Of a DNA stretch of 64,000 nucleotides, positions 34,600 through 48,630 are shown one piece after another. The translations under genes and the position numbers were made by a program. The notes below the pieces were generated by a model that was not told the DNA's origin, searched no databases, and was given only the letters and a program-made list of their open reading frames with translations. Source of the stretch: Camelus dromedarius (lineage: Eukaryota); assembly GCF_036321535.1 (NCBI RefSeq), contig NC_087447.1:52640001-52704000 (forward strand), read 5' to 3'. Positions within the stretch are counted from its first letter, which is position 1. Every line of letters starts with the position of its first letter.

Positions 34600-37148
34600 A
34601 AAAGAGGCAAGATTAACACAGATCTTTCATTAATTCTTGCAAAATATAGAAGGGTGAACCCTTCCCAATTCATTTTATGAGGTCAGCATTACCCTGATAC
34701 CAGAGTCAAAGATACCACAAGGAAAAAAAAAAAAAACTACAGATAATTTTCCCCTGTGATTATAGATACAAAATTCCTCAACAAAATACTGTTGAACTGA
34801 ATCCAACAGATATGAAAAGGATAATACACTGTAATCAAGTGGGATTTACCAAGGAACGCAAGGTTGGTTAAACATTAAAAAATCAATCAATATAATACAC
34901 CACATTAAAAGAAAAAGGAGAAAAATCTCATGATCCTGTCAATAGACACAGAAAAGCATTTGGCAAGATTCAGCAACCTCTTCTGACAAAAATGCTCAAC
35001 AAACTATGAATATAAGGACTCTTCAACGTGACAAAGCCCATCTCTGAAAAACCCACAGCTAATATCATACTTAATGGTGAAAGCTTGAAACCCACCCCCA
35101 CAACATTAGAAACAAGGTGCCTACTCTCACTACTTCTATTCAACATTGTGCTGGACGTTCTAATCAGGGAATTAGTCGAGAAAAAGGAGAAAAAGCAGAC
35201 AGTTTAGGGAAGGGAAGAAATAAAGCTATCTCTACTCATAGATGACAAAATCTTATATATAGAAAATCCTAATGAATCCTCAAAAACTATTAGAACTAAT
35301 AAACAAGTTCAGTAAGGTTGTGGGACACAAGATCAATGTACAAAAATCACTTATTTTCTATATACTAGCAATGAGCAATCCAAAAATGAAATCAAGAAAA
35401 CAATTCTATTGACAATAACATCAAAAAGAATGAAATATTTAGGAATACATTTTTTAAAAAGTGCAAGACTTTTTGTAAGTGCAAGACTTCTTTATACGTT
35501 ACATGTATAATAATATCAAATATGATAAAACACCACAGAAAGGGAACAATATCCCACGTTTATGAATTGGAAAACTCAATACTGTTCAAATGGCAATACT
35601 CCCAAAATGATTTACAAATTCAGTGCATTCCCAATGAAATCCCAGGTGGATTACTTTTTAAGAAATTGGTAAGTGAATCCTAAAGTTCATATACAAATGC
35701 AAGAGACACAGAATACCCAAAATAATCTTGAGAAAGAACAAAGTTGGAGGACCCACACTTCCCAATTTCAAAACTTACTCTGAAGCTACAGCAATCAAAG
35801 CAGTGTGATACTGTTATCCAGGACAGACACACAGATCAATCAAATAGAATTGGGAGTCCAGAAATCAACCTTCACTGGGGAAACAGCCTCTTCAACAAAT
35901 GGCAGCCAGGACAACAGGATATATACATGCAAAGGAATGGAGCTGGTCCCACATGTCACACAAGATACAAAGATTAACTCAACATGGATCATTGACTTGT
36001 ATGTATGAACCAAAACTATAACACTAACACCATGTTTAGAAGAAAACAGAGGAGTAAGCCTTCACGGCTTTGGATTAAGCAATGGTTCCTTAGATGCAAT
36101 ACTGAAAGCACAAGTGACCAAAGGAAAAAAAAAAGATGAACTTCATCAAAATTAAAAACTTCTGTGCTACAAAGAACGTTATCAAGAAAGTGACAAGACA
36201 ACTCATAGAATGGGAGAAAATACTTGCAAATCACACATTGGATCACATATTGGCCTGTATCTAGAATATATATGAACTCATAACTCAACAATAAAAAGAA
36301 AAATAACCCAAAGGCAAAGGACTTGAATAGACATTGCTCAAAAAAATGATATAAGAATGGCCAATAGGCACATGTAAACATGCTGACCAGTCCTTAGAGG
36401 AAATCTGAATCAAAGCCATCATGAGATACCAATTCAAACCCACGAGGAGAGCTAAAAAAAGAGGGAAAGACAACGAACAGTTGGGAAGGATGTGGAAAAA
36501 TTAGAAACTTCATACATTGTTGGTGGTAATGTAAAATGGTGCAGTTACTTTTGAGAACTGACAGTTCCTAAAAAATATTAACCATAGAGTTATCACAGAA
36601 CCTAGCAACAGCATTTACAGTATATACCCCAAGAGTGAAAAGCATACGTCTGCACAAAAATTTGTACACCAATGTTCCTAGTAGCATTATTCATGGTAGC
36701 TAGAAAGTGGAAATAGCCCAAATATCTATCAACGGATACCTAGATAAACAAAGTGAGGGGTGTGTGTGTGTGTGTATTATTCAGCCACAGGAAGGAATGA
36801 AATACTAATGGATGGATGGCCACAACATGGAAAAATCTTAAAAACATTATGCTAAGTGCAAGAAACCAGACACAAAGACAGCATGTTATATGATTCTGGT
36901 TTCATAAAATGTCCAGAATAGGCAATCTATGTGGAGAGAAAGATGAGCGAACGCCAGGGGCTGGGGTGGGGGCGCAGGGAACAGCGAGACACTGCTAATG
37001 AGGATGGGGTTTGTTTTTGGGGCGATGAACTATTTTAAAATTAGATGCACTACCCTGTAAATATTCTAGGAAACACTGAATTGTACAATTTAAAAGGGTG
37101 AATGTTATGGCATGTGAATTATATCTCATTAATGCTGTTATTAAAAAA
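34600..37148 (+). mobile_element. 5'-truncated, decayed L1MB-type LINE-1 (about 2.5 kb: ORF2 RT/C-terminus plus 3' UTR)
   Basis: cttcccaattcattttatgaggtcagcattaccctgatacca; 35223-35270 translates KLSLLIDDKILYIENP, a degenerate L1 RT KLSLFADDMIVYLENP; many stops and frameshifts; 3' end gtgaattatatctcattaatgctgttattaaaaaa. Confidence 0.92.
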
Positions 37149-37309
37149 GAACATATGCAGGGAAGAGACTGCGGGGAGGTGGAAAGATGGAAACTGCTGA
37201 CTTGCTGGGAGTGGTGAGATGGAGGCTAATTTTATTTTTTCCCTTGTTATGGTTGTTTTAATGATATTTGTGCAATATCATTTGAAAAGAAAAGAGGGAG
37301 AGAGACAGC

Positions 37310-37445
37310 TCAGGGTGGGAGATGAGAACTAGCCTGGGAGTCGAGGGCCCTGAAGCTGCGTCCCTTACTCTGCTAGTTACTGGCTGGGTGCTCTGGAGTA
37401 AGTGGCTCCACCTCTCTGGGCCTCAGTTTCCTTTTCTTAAGTGTG
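37310..37445 (+). mobile_element. MIR fragment
   Basis: ctctgctagttactggctgggtg...cacctctctgggcctcagtttcct. Confidence 0.65.
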
Positions 37446-40028
37446 GAATAGCATCAGCCTCCTCGGGCTGCTAGACCTTACATCCCCAGAGCAGATGTGG
37501 AGCAGATACTCATAGCGTTCATTACCTTTCATCTTCGTGTATTTGCTCAGACAATTCTGGTACATCTGTTACATCCTGGGGACATCGATGAATGAAGACT
37601 GGACCTTGTTCTTAAATATCTTAAGTTTGGAGAAGTAGACAGACATAAATAACTAAAGCACATTCCTTGGGAAGGGTCAGAGTGAAACTTCCACAAACAG
37701 CTTGCTGGACAGTTGTCTGCATAGTCCAGATCCACTAGGGAACTTGTACAGGGAGCTGTTGGTGAAGGGGTCAGATCAAGAGGTGGAAACTCACAGACAA
37801 AAGACAGCATCCGTAATCACAAACCTCATGGTGGTTCCACAGCATGCTCTCACGTGTGTTATCACATGCAATCCTCAGACAATGCCACAAGGGAAGTATT
37901 ATTACTCTACTTTATAAATGAGTCTTAGAGAGGTCAAGAGCATCTTGTGTTTTCATGAAGCCAGTTCAGGGTGTAGGAGCTCTCCCCGCCACCATAGCCA
38001 CCCCTTCTTCTGAGCAATCTTGGTGACATCCCACTAGGAAGGAAGATTGGGGTGGTGGTGATGAATCAGAAAATGAAGAGGCACCCTCTCCAAGTCAGGG
38101 CTGGTAGGAGGTATTGAAGATGTAACCTTCCTCCTTGGGTCCAGAGAGAAAGCATGCTGGATGGAGCGCAGAGAGCCCACTCAGCCCTGGATCATCCAGT
38201 GAAGACTGAAAACATTCCGTGAAGAAATAGTCCTGCTCTATAGGTCATCAGTGTCTAGTAACAACTTCACTGATCTTGCTAAGTAAGGAGGTGAAGGTGG
38301 GGAAGGAAACCATGGTATCATTCACAGAGCGCCTGCTACATACAGGGCATTACACAAGGTGCTTCTCCAGCAGTAGGCACTTCAGGTATTATAGTGGCCA
38401 CTTTCTACATTGACATTGAGGTTACACTGAGGCATAGAGGTCAAGTGCCCTGTCCAAGGTCACACAGAAAATCTGCATCAGGGAGAGGAGCAAGGACTCA
38501 AATCAACCTCTTTCCTCTCACCCTGAGGATTCTAAATTCCTCTCCGTGCAAAGACCTCACTGTCTCCAGGGCAGAGGGCAGAATCAGAAGCCTCACAGCA
38601 TCAGGAGGCTGTGGGGCCCAGGTCTTCCATGTACACAATGGCAAAGAAATACCAGCCCACATTTTAAGAGTGAAGAGGTGGGACACTGGTTTTATTTCTC
38701 TGGCTTCAAGGATTTAACCTCATTTCTAGCACAGAATAGAAGTCTCTGGAGGTCCTCTTTAATGACAATCTAACTGACTCTTGGTTTTGATGGAACCAGC
38801 CCTCAGCTAAAAGCAAGAGACCTCTCTTCACCAAATGAACCTTCCTTGAAGGAGGATGATGGATCAGAGCATAGGCATTCAGCACAGAGCCCCAGGTGGG
38901 GCCCTCCGTGATGCCACCCGGCTTTCAGCAGCTGACCAGCTGGACTGACTGAAGTCTCATTTATCAAGAATCCTAACAAGTCATCTGTTGGCTTCAGTGT
39001 CAGCCCCATCACATCGACCCTGACATTGAGTTTGTGATCCCAAAAGCTCCCCACCATTGGAGCATCTCTGGAATTAAATGACATGGATAGCTGGTAGGCC
39101 CAGGGGCCAGGCTGCACCCAGTACTCTATAATTAGCCCATTCAGGGAAAGGAGAAGGGTCTCCCTGCACTCGACAATGGTTCATAATGACCAATGGGATT
39201 AACAGCTAAAGTATGTAGAGTTCTCAGCCAGGCACGATGCAAAAAGGAGAACCTGGGTCATCAGGAGATCACCCCAACAAATGTCAAGGGTATTCAAGAA
39301 AGGATACAGACTTTGGGAAGTAGCAGGCCCAAGATAAAGTCCACCCCAGTCTCCTGCAAGGTGTCTCATCCAGAAAGCGTCTTAATCTCTCTAACTGTCT
39401 GTTTCTTCTTCAGCTAACCTTGGATGTCATTCATTGTCGTTCTGGAGGCTGGAGAGGAGAACGAGATGGACAGACTAGGCAGGTGACCTGTAACATGAAC
39501 TGAGTGAAGGAGGGATGTCCGAAGTGGCTGATGGAGGAAATAAAAATGGATGAGATAACAGGAGCGTGGGAAGTAAAAACAAAAATAATTGATTTTTTAA
39601 AAAAAAATTCAAAAAGAGGGGGAGGAAAAGGAAATGAATCCTGGGGGGAAAACTGCGTTTAACAGGATAAGAGGAAAACAAGCCAGAGCTCAGATAAATG
39701 GAAAGTGGTCAAAGGGAATAGTAAGGAAATATGTATGTTTAAATCACATTTTCCACTATTCATGTCAGGGAACTTGTCTAAGATTTGCCAACTGCTCGAT
39801 CTTGAAAGCGTCATCATAACACAGGAGGCCTATTATGACACCATCAGTGAATGTCTCCTACAGATGCAGAGGCCAAAGGGAGCCAACAGGTTCCTTCTCA
39901 TGAGCCAGTTCCCACTGGTTGATAGTGTACCTGAACAAATTCTGAGACATCATCTGAACATGGTGGTAGACAGCTGTTTCAATTCGTGATGTCTGCGGTG
40001 GGATGTAAGGCAGAATGGGCGTGCCATG

Positions 40029-40451
40029 TGTAGCGGATGCTGTGATGTGCTGCCCAGAGAATCCCTATGGGACCGAAGCACTCATTCCCCCAGCTGCGGG
40101 GACTGTTGCTGTCGGCTGCTGACAGCGCTCGGTGGAGTCCCTCTCCAGGAACGGGCTGCAGTGCAAGGGAGCTGCCTCGCCCAGGGGCAGTGCACATCTG
40201 TTGCTGGAGAGGTCAGTAAGGCTACCTCCCCTTGACTCAATGCCGCGTAGTGAAGGACCATCCAAGCTCCAGAGCTCCCTGTGCCTCTGTTGTTGCCTCT
40301 GTTGTGACTCCATTGATGTTCAGCTACCCCCTGGATCCAGTCTTACTTCCCTTACCCCCGTACAGGTGTTGATCCTAAGGGCAAGCCCAGTATACTTTCT
40401 GCACCCAAATCTTGGTCCCAGAGTCTGGTCCTGGGAACCTAACTTAATACA
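40029..40451 (+). mobile_element. LTR16-type ERVL solo LTR, full length
   Basis: TGtagcggatgctgtg...cccccagctgc...gctccagagctccctgtg...ctgggaacctaacttaataCA; 5-bp TSD ccatg/tcatg. Confidence 0.85.
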
Positions 40452-41199
40452 TCATGTATCTACCCTTCCTGTATGAGCTATATCTCTCTATGCCTAGCTA
40501 ACAGCTTGTCATCTGTGTTTACTTCTTCCTCCACAAAGACTCAGCGTTAGCCAATGAGAACACATCATCCATCAGCTTTCCCTTTTCCCCTTGTTTGCAA
40601 GGAAACTCAGAGATAAGTTCTTCATCCTTTCCTCTCCTGCCTACGTTAGGAGGAAGTTTCTGCTTTAGGCTTGGAGGCTATCTAATCTAAAAATGATGGG
40701 CTGGCTGTAATCCTCTCATTTTCAGTCTCCCCTCCTCCCGGACTCCAGCCCTCAGAGAGACAGTATTTGTCCCTGATTCATTATTTGGAATCATTGTAGA
40801 CTGAAGGTGTCACCAGAAGGAGGAAGAATTTACACTAACAAACCTCATTAGCATGACGTTTTTAACTTATATCTATTATTATTTTATAGGCATAACAACT
40901 TTTTAAGTTTTTTTTTTATTATTTTCTTTAAACAAAAGTTACAGAGAAGTTAAGTGATTTCCCAACCAATTGTAGAACCTAGACTAGAATCTGAGTTTCT
41001 TGATTCCTAATCATGTAAATTTCAGACACAGGCAGAAACCACTTAGCTGGCCTCTGCTGTTTGCTCAGGTCAGTGTATGATTTCTAGAAAACACTAAAAC
41101 ACTGGCATTAGCTCAGGGGAACCCTGGTAATCCATCCTATCTACTTTGGCAAAACCCAGGGAACAGTTCAGATCCTGGACCAAGCACTGAAAAGTACTG

Positions 41200-41340
41200 T
41201 GTAATCTAGGAGATGAGCCAACAATCCAATCCACAGCCCCGACCAGGGGCTATCTTGTTCCTGTTTGGATCATACCCTTGACGGGGAGCTCACTACCTTA
41301 CAAGGCTGCTTATTCTGCTGACCCCTCATCCACACAATTA
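41200..41340 (-). mobile_element. L3/CR1 fragment
   Basis: tgacggggagctcactaccttacaaggc is the typical CR1/L3 3' motif. Confidence 0.5.
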
Positions 41341-41589
41341 GAACAATATTAAAAATGGAAACTGTAACATTTACATAACATAACGAATACAAAGCACATA
41401 GTGTAATACCCAACAGACAGTGGTACTCAGTGAAAGGAAAGATTTTTTTCTTGTTCTCTGTTCACAGAACAAGAGAAGAGAATTTGCTTGTAGAAAGAAC
41501 ACCCTCAATGCAGTCATGTCACTCAGGAATAACTCAGTTCCCACACGCCCTGAGACAGAGCTACAGAGGCTGGCAGGCGAGCTCTGCAG

Positions 41590-41770
41590 CCAGACCACCT
41601 AGGTTTGAGCATGGGCTTCGCCATTTAGCTGTGTGACCTTGGAATAGTCACCCCATTGCTCTGTGCCTCAGTTTCCTCATCTGTAAGATGAGGGGAGAAG
41701 AGTGCCCTTTACCTCAGGGGCTTGTCGGGTAAATGCTTAAAACCCTTCCAGGCAGGTGGTAATGTCGTTG
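41590..41770 (+). mobile_element. MIR
   Basis: tagctgtgtgaccttgg...tgcctcagtttcctcatctgtaagatg. Confidence 0.85.
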
Positions 41771-41774
41771 TCAT

Positions 41775-41900
41775 TTTCCTCATCGTTCCCATCTTACAGA
41801 TAAGGAAACTGAGACCAGAATATTGAGCCATTTCCCTGAGGTCAAACAGCTAACGAGGAGCAGAGCCTGGTTAGAAATCCAGGTCTGCCTGCGTCTCCAA
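41775..41900 (-). mobile_element. MIR, tail-to-tail with the previous copy
   Basis: cccatcttacagataaggaaactgag...gaggtcaaacagcta. Confidence 0.85.
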
Positions 41901-44900
41901 TGCATGCACTTTGACTTAATATTTCTTCTGTCATTCCTTTTGCTTTTCTTTCTTGTTTTCCAAGAAAAGGGGGAAGGAAAGAACAAACTCTCATAGGGAA
42001 TTCTGCCAGAAAAGCTAGCACACCCTGCTCATTTGAGAGAGTGGTTTGTTTACAAAGGCCCAGCTGAGTGGATCCAGGAGTCGTGTCCACGGGCAGGCAG
42101 GAAAGCCTGCGACCTGCCGGCTAAAGAGACTGCCAGGGACTGGGACAAAAAAGACCACTTCCTGCTTCCAGGTCTGGCACGGCAGCAAAACCAGGGCTTC
42201 TGCTTCGGTGGCAGTGGGAAGGATACACAAATTGCCGAGCCCCATGTGGCTACGTGGGCTGGTGACATTCGGGTGACTCTGTGGCCCTAGGATGGAGGAG
42301 GAAACATAGCAAGCACTTCTCAAAGATAATAGAACCATTTCGGTTCTGTGCAGCAGTGGCTCCCAGGCTGGTGGCTGGCATGACGCGCCTGCGTTAGGAC
42401 GCAACTGGTATGGGACCTTCGGCTCTGTGCAAAAGGAAGGCTTGCAAGCAGGAGTAAACCTCAAAATATTTAACAACTGATATGGCACAGACAGCAACCG
42501 ATCAGAACGGACACAATGGCCAATGAGAATAAATGTTGGCTATAAACAAACAGCGCGGCCAAACACCAGTCTTGGCAACAAGGACACCCAGTGTGCAAAC
42601 AAGGAGAAGAGGATGGGTAAGGTGGGGTCCAGGAGCCCACAGGGAATGGTCTGCCTGCCTCCAGTGGACGTCTCATAGGGGATTCCACTAAACCCTCGGG
42701 GCTCTGCAGAGCAGGATTTAAGAAGCATTGCTATGGGGGAAAGAGGAAGTGCCTGAAAGGCCCAGCTGCAAGACCCAGGATCGCCACTGCTTTCGGGGTG
42801 CACAGGGCCAGCCCCCAGAGGAGCAAAGCCCTAAGCCACCCAAAGACATGTCCCTGAAGACTTTAACTATATGTCAGCATGTTGTCATTCTGCCTGCTTT
42901 TCTCTTGGCCAAGGAGTGTTCCCTTGTGGTCTACCAAAGCAGCTGTTCTGTTCCAGCCTGTAGAGGAGGGCACCAGTGTACCCCACTAGAGTCCTCGGGA
43001 CACAGAACACACCTGGATTCATGCAGAGCAAGCCCCGGTCCTGCCAGGAGTCAACAGTCGGACTTCCCCAGAGCCATTCCAAGCCCCTCTCTTTCCCAAC
43101 TCAAATCCTCCTCCCTGCCCCTTAACTTTCACTAAAAGTGCATGCTCCTGCTCGCCTTTGGACAAAGTCACAAGGGGTCAATTATCTTGTGGTAATGAGG
43201 GTGGAACACCATTTCTTCAGCTTGCATAAGATGAAGCTCCCCGTGATGAAATCAGTCATTGGTCCGTGAGGTCTTGTGGGAAGATCCCAGAAGGGAGGCC
43301 CTCCCTTGAGAGCAGGGCACCAGGGCGTTTCCCCTCATCCGGCCTCACCCACCAATGAGTCTGCAGCCACCTGCTTGCCAAGCCCAAGAAATTTCCCCAG
43401 AAAATGCCACTGAAACGTTTCACCACTGTTCTCAAAACGTTGTGACTCCTGATGTTAACTTCACCCCTGCCTGTGTCTTATAAATCAGGTCTGCTCTTCA
43501 GGAAGGACACCCTTTTCTTGTCAATTTTATAAGTGGCTCTTCTGACTGTCTTTTATACAAGACTATGGGTGCCCCAGCCTTCACCAGCTCCGTCCCTTCT
43601 GGATGGAACCCTCACACAGCTCCGATAAGCAGGCACTGGATTTGAGTGACAGCCTCACAGGAAGTCACTGGAGGAGCCCAGGGCATCAGCTGTGGATGTG
43701 AGGGACGCTGGGACATCTGGGGGAGGCCAGTGCATCTGGGCGAGGCAGGACACAGCAGGTGAGCAGTCAGCTGGGGTCCCATTCCCAGCCCTGGGAAGCG
43801 TTACTCAAAACTCTTCAAGCTTTGGGTTTCCTTATTATAAATATTATTATGAATAGTATCTATCTTACAGGGCCATTTTAAGAAAACAAAATCATGTACC
43901 TACAAAACACTTAGCACTCTGCCAAGCACGTAGTCAGAGGTCAGTACAGGGAAGTATTACAGAAACTGTTAAATCACTCAAACATTTATTGATCAGTTGC
44001 TTTAAACTCTGTACCTTCCAGTTTCTGCCCTCAAGAACCTCACAGTCCAGTGAGAGAGGACCACAGAAGAACCAACGATTAGGATGAAATGTGGTAAGTA
44101 CTTCATTAAATAATTACTTTTAAAAGAATTATCAGTAATAAGTGACAACCATTTTCTGCCAGGCATTGTGTGCCACATGCTTTACAGAAATCAAAACCTT
44201 ATGCTTTCTAACCCAAACACCTGGGTTCACGTCCCAGCACTATCACTGAATAATTATGTACTCTTGGGTCAGCTAATTTCTTTGAAACTTAGTTATCTCA
44301 TCTGGAAAATGAGTATAAAATTAGAAAAAAATATATCTAATATGTTAGCACAGTGCTTTGCACATAGTAGGTGCTTAATAAAATAGATGTCTCTTACAGC
44401 TGACACCGAACGGCTATTGTCCCAGCCCTGGAGAACTGCCTAGGTAAGTCTCAAGGTCAAGGCGGCACAGCCACCTGGGATGTGTAAGCAGGATTTTGAT
44501 GTTCAGCGGCTTCTTTGGTTTGGAGCCAGTTCTGAGCCAACAACTGGAGCCATAGGGACCAGAGGCTGGCCACGGCCATGGAGCTACGGGCAAGAACTAG
44601 ACAGAATGTTCCAAATAAGGCAGGCCCTATAGGAGAGAGGCACAGAGAAATTGAGCAGTTGTTGCAGGAAGAGGCCAAGCAAGGACTCAGATGAGGGCTT
44701 GGTATGTTACATAAGGCAGCAGTACCCCTCCGGGGCCATTCTGCTCTCTGGAGCCAGCAGCGTCTATGTAGATCACAAACACTGCACACTCACCCCCATG
44801 CTGGGTACCCCAGGGCTGGGCCCCATGGGGTGAACAAGGACAAACCAGGCAAAAATCCACACCCTACAGGGTGCATTGCCTCTGAAAAGGAGCCATGCAA

Positions 44901-47900
44901 ATCAGAACACACCAGCCCGGGAACTGAGCCTGTGCACAGAGAAGAACAAAATTGCACAAACCCAGACCCGTTCACATGAATGAACATTCCCGCAGCACAG
45001 CCTGATAAGCCCGTTGCTAAGCCTACCTGGCTTCCTGTGGCGGCACACCTCACTTCCAGCTTGGGAAAGATAATCACTCTGGGAACCAGCCTCCTTAGGA
45101 GACCTGGCAGAATGCTTTTTGTCCAGAGCGAAACCTGTCTTTCAACACAGCGTCTCATCCTCCTGTGTCGGACAAGGGGAAATCTAAACCATGCAGGGAA
45201 GGGGTTTGCACACACACACACAGCCCTGCTGGGTGTCAGTGGCTGTAAGTGACTCTCAGGGAAAGAAAGGGGCCCCAGATCTCAGCTCTGAGCACCTCTG
45301 AAACAAAGACCCTCAAGTTTCCTGCTGGGGCAGTGCGAGACACAGGACTCTCAGATTCCAGGCGCACCCGCAGCTATCATCTGTCAGCCCTGACGCCAGC
45401 CCTGTGTGAGGTTCAAGCGGGGAGATCAGACAAGCACGGGGTAGCGGCAGGGGCTGGGGAGGGCAAGAATGGGGAGAAAAGGCTTTGGAAAGACCAATAC
45501 AAATAGCATGAGTTTTTATCTGACCTCAAAGAACAGGGCAAGGGAGAGCTGTGTGATCTAAGCCAGGATGAAAGGATGACTGGTCTCCCCTTGTAATCAA
45601 AGAGTTTAATGATGCTTATTAAAAGCCCATTTCTGGGTCCTGTTGAAAAATTACACCCGTAAGTGTTTTCTTTTTTTCATAAGAATTGCTTCTTAGAGAT
45701 TAAACACACACACACACTTTTCACGTACCCCATGCCCTACACAGCACACAGACTTGCCCCACAAATCCTGCACATCCCAGACATCACACATATGCCGGTA
45801 CCTCTTTATCAAAGATAGCCACAATCCACAAGTACACACACTGTAAAACAGAAAAAACAGGCTCAGTCCCTGACGTTATTCACGTACCCTTTGAAATTCC
45901 CGACTTTGAGGGAGCCCAAGAGCTTCACACTGGAGGAGTTGTCTTCCCCACAAACAAACAGCACAGCCTCTAATCCATATCATTCTCCACATCTTGCCTG
46001 AGGCCAAGCAACTCTGCAAAAGCAGAAGCTCCCAGGATCATTAAGCTTTGGTGGAAAGCGACAGCGTTTAGCAGGGTCATTGTAGACGAAGGAGGCTGTG
46101 CCCCGCTGGCCTGCATCAGGCTGTCTGATATGCTGAGTCCCAGCCACCTGGAGGAGGCGGCCTTGGGCCCTGGGCCTGCGGCATGTTTTCCTCTGGTTAT
46201 CAGCTTACCCAGAGCCCAAGGCCGCCTTCACTCACAGGCAGAAGGCGTTGCTTTCTGGAATAATCAGCTAGACACAGGGAAGTACTCCTTGCAGAAAAGT
46301 CTCCCCGCAGCAGCATGGGTTCCCTCTGGGTGCTGATCTCCCCTGTGTTTCACTCACTGCTAAGGGGCAGGGTACAGAAATGCCCATTCAAATGCTAACA
46401 CCATCAATGGAACAGTTTGCTGTTATCAGAAACAAATGCTTGGGAGCTAGTAAATCTGGCTTCAAGGGCAGCTCTGATCCTCCCTCATTCTATGGCCTCA
46501 GCCAGCTCTCTAAGCCATAGTTTTCTCTCTGCAAAATGGTAATAACTTCTTTCCATCTTATGGAGTTTTGGGGAAGATCACAAAATGCCCTAGAGATTGT
46601 AAACTCCAAAGCAGATGTTAGAAATTCTCATGATGGGACAGTAATGAGGAAATGGAGGCGCTCATAAATTGGGCTGTGAGTGTCTCCGGAGCAAAGCTTG
46701 TGTTGTATGTATCTTGTTATCCTCCCTGCCTGGCACCAGAGCCTGGCACCAAATATTCTGAGGGAAAACAGTTTGAAAGAATGAATGAAAAATGACTGGA
46801 ACCCGGAGTTAAGTGGCTTGCTCAAGGTCCCAGAGAAGCTCATCGTGGGACTGAAACCCAGATCCCCAGACCCCCTAATCCAGGGCCCTCTGTTCTATAT
46901 GCACCAAACTCTTGGGTCTGTTGATGAAGGGGTAGTGATATCCCATTAGTGACAGCACTGGCCAGGTTTTAACCAGCCCTACCATTCCCAGCGAACGATC
47001 CAGAATGGGTCAGGCAATGCTTAAGAAGACGCCACAAACCCGCCTGTTAAACATTCCATCTCTACAGTGGGAACAAACAGAAACCACAAGTGCAAATAAT
47101 ACCCAAATGCCCCAGACCAACACATCTTACTTCTTGACTTGAATTGCGCAAATCAGAAAAGTCGTAAGATTGGGACGACAGGCCTGCAGAGATTGAGTCA
47201 CTGAGACTAGACACAGATCTGGTTTCAGGCTCACACTCAGCATTGTCACTTACCTACTGACCAAGTGTCCCAGAGATCACTAGCCCTCTCTGATTTTCAG
47301 TTTTTCCATCTGCAAAACAAGAAGACGATCACAATTAATCTCTTGAGACCACTGGACTAAAAGGCATCATAGGTTTTATACCCAATACTGCTTTCCAACT
47401 GCTTATGATCCCACGCAGCTGGGGAGACTGCTAATAGTCAGGGGCTGGAAGGGAATATTTCAAAAATGAAGTGTGGCAATGAATGCAGAGTGTGATAGTT
47501 ACATACCAAGAAGGGTACCAATGGTACCCAACTCTCCGTACAGAAAATTCAGCTTTCCAATCATTCTGGCACCTATTTTTATTTTTCAGAGATGTCAAAA
47601 TGCAAGATATCATTAAATACCAGGAGAAACAGAGCAATGAAAAATGCCACTACTTCAACATACTCATTTCCAATGTTTGGGGGTATTTTTCCAATTTTTT
47701 TTTCTTCTCTACATAGAGTTTAACATTTTGCAGAGTAGGTCAATTTGCTGTGAAGATGTACTACACTGAAAAGCCCAAGCAAATCCTGATTACCCCCTCC
47801 CCACCCACCATGATGCTGCTACGTAATTAACTCATTTTCATTCCCATGTGTTTTTTTTCAGTTTCCCCAAGACCTTTCAGGCCCGTGGTCACAGCTCTGC

Positions 47901-48224
47901 CAGGCACTGTGCACACAGTGTAGTGGGGAGCATGTGATTTTAGGAGGCCTGGGCTGGTCTTCCCCCAGTTTGGGTTTCATTACCTCATCCGGAAAGTAAG
48001 GAAACTGGCCTGGCCAATCTCAGAGATCACTTTCAACTTAAAAAGGTGAGGCTAAGGAAAAGGGAAGGAAACTCATATATCTGAGTCCCTGCTATCTGAC
48101 AGCTACTGAGCCGATAACATCCGTGGATATCATCTCTGATCCTCATAACCGCCTGGGAGACATTACAGGTGTGAGAACTGCAGCTCACTGAGGTCTGGCC
48201 ACCTGGCCAAGCCCCCCTGCAGTC

Positions 48225-48630
48225 ATGTTGGTAACACTTTCATGATCTTCACCAGGTCAACGTCTCACCACCCCTACAGTTTACTAATTTTTCCCAATCA
48301 ATTCCCAGATTTTACTTAACTTTATTTTTAACAGATTTTTAAAAAAAGTTTCTGCCCTTCTTGATTTCTTCCCCTTCTCTCTATGGCCCAATGGAAGACC
48401 ACCTTTCAATGAAGATGGATTCTATAACTGCAAAATGGTTGCTATCAATTTAAAGGGATGTTTAATCACGGTCATTCTAGGTAAAAATATCTCTGAAGTC
48501 ATAGGCTGGATGTGCTGTTTATATACTTTTGTCTAATACTCATTAAAATGAGTAATATTTGCAATTTAAACACTCATTCACTTCTGCCCAACTCCCAGCA
48601 GTGCCTCTGATTTACCCTGGGAAGGCTGGC
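48225..48630. mobile_element. Old hAT-Charlie element (MER113-like)
   Basis: gaagtcataggctggatgtgctgtttatatacttttgtctaatactcattaaaat; AT-rich body; family assignment tentative. Confidence 0.4.

Noticed and set aside
36957..36979. G-quadruplex-like GGGGCTGGGGTGGGGGCGCAGGG
   Set aside because: Ordinary G-rich tract of an L1 3' UTR
47513..47529. Palindrome GGGTACCA-A-TGGTACCC
   Set aside because: About one 8-bp-arm palindrome per spacer length is expected by chance in 64 kb; no supporting context
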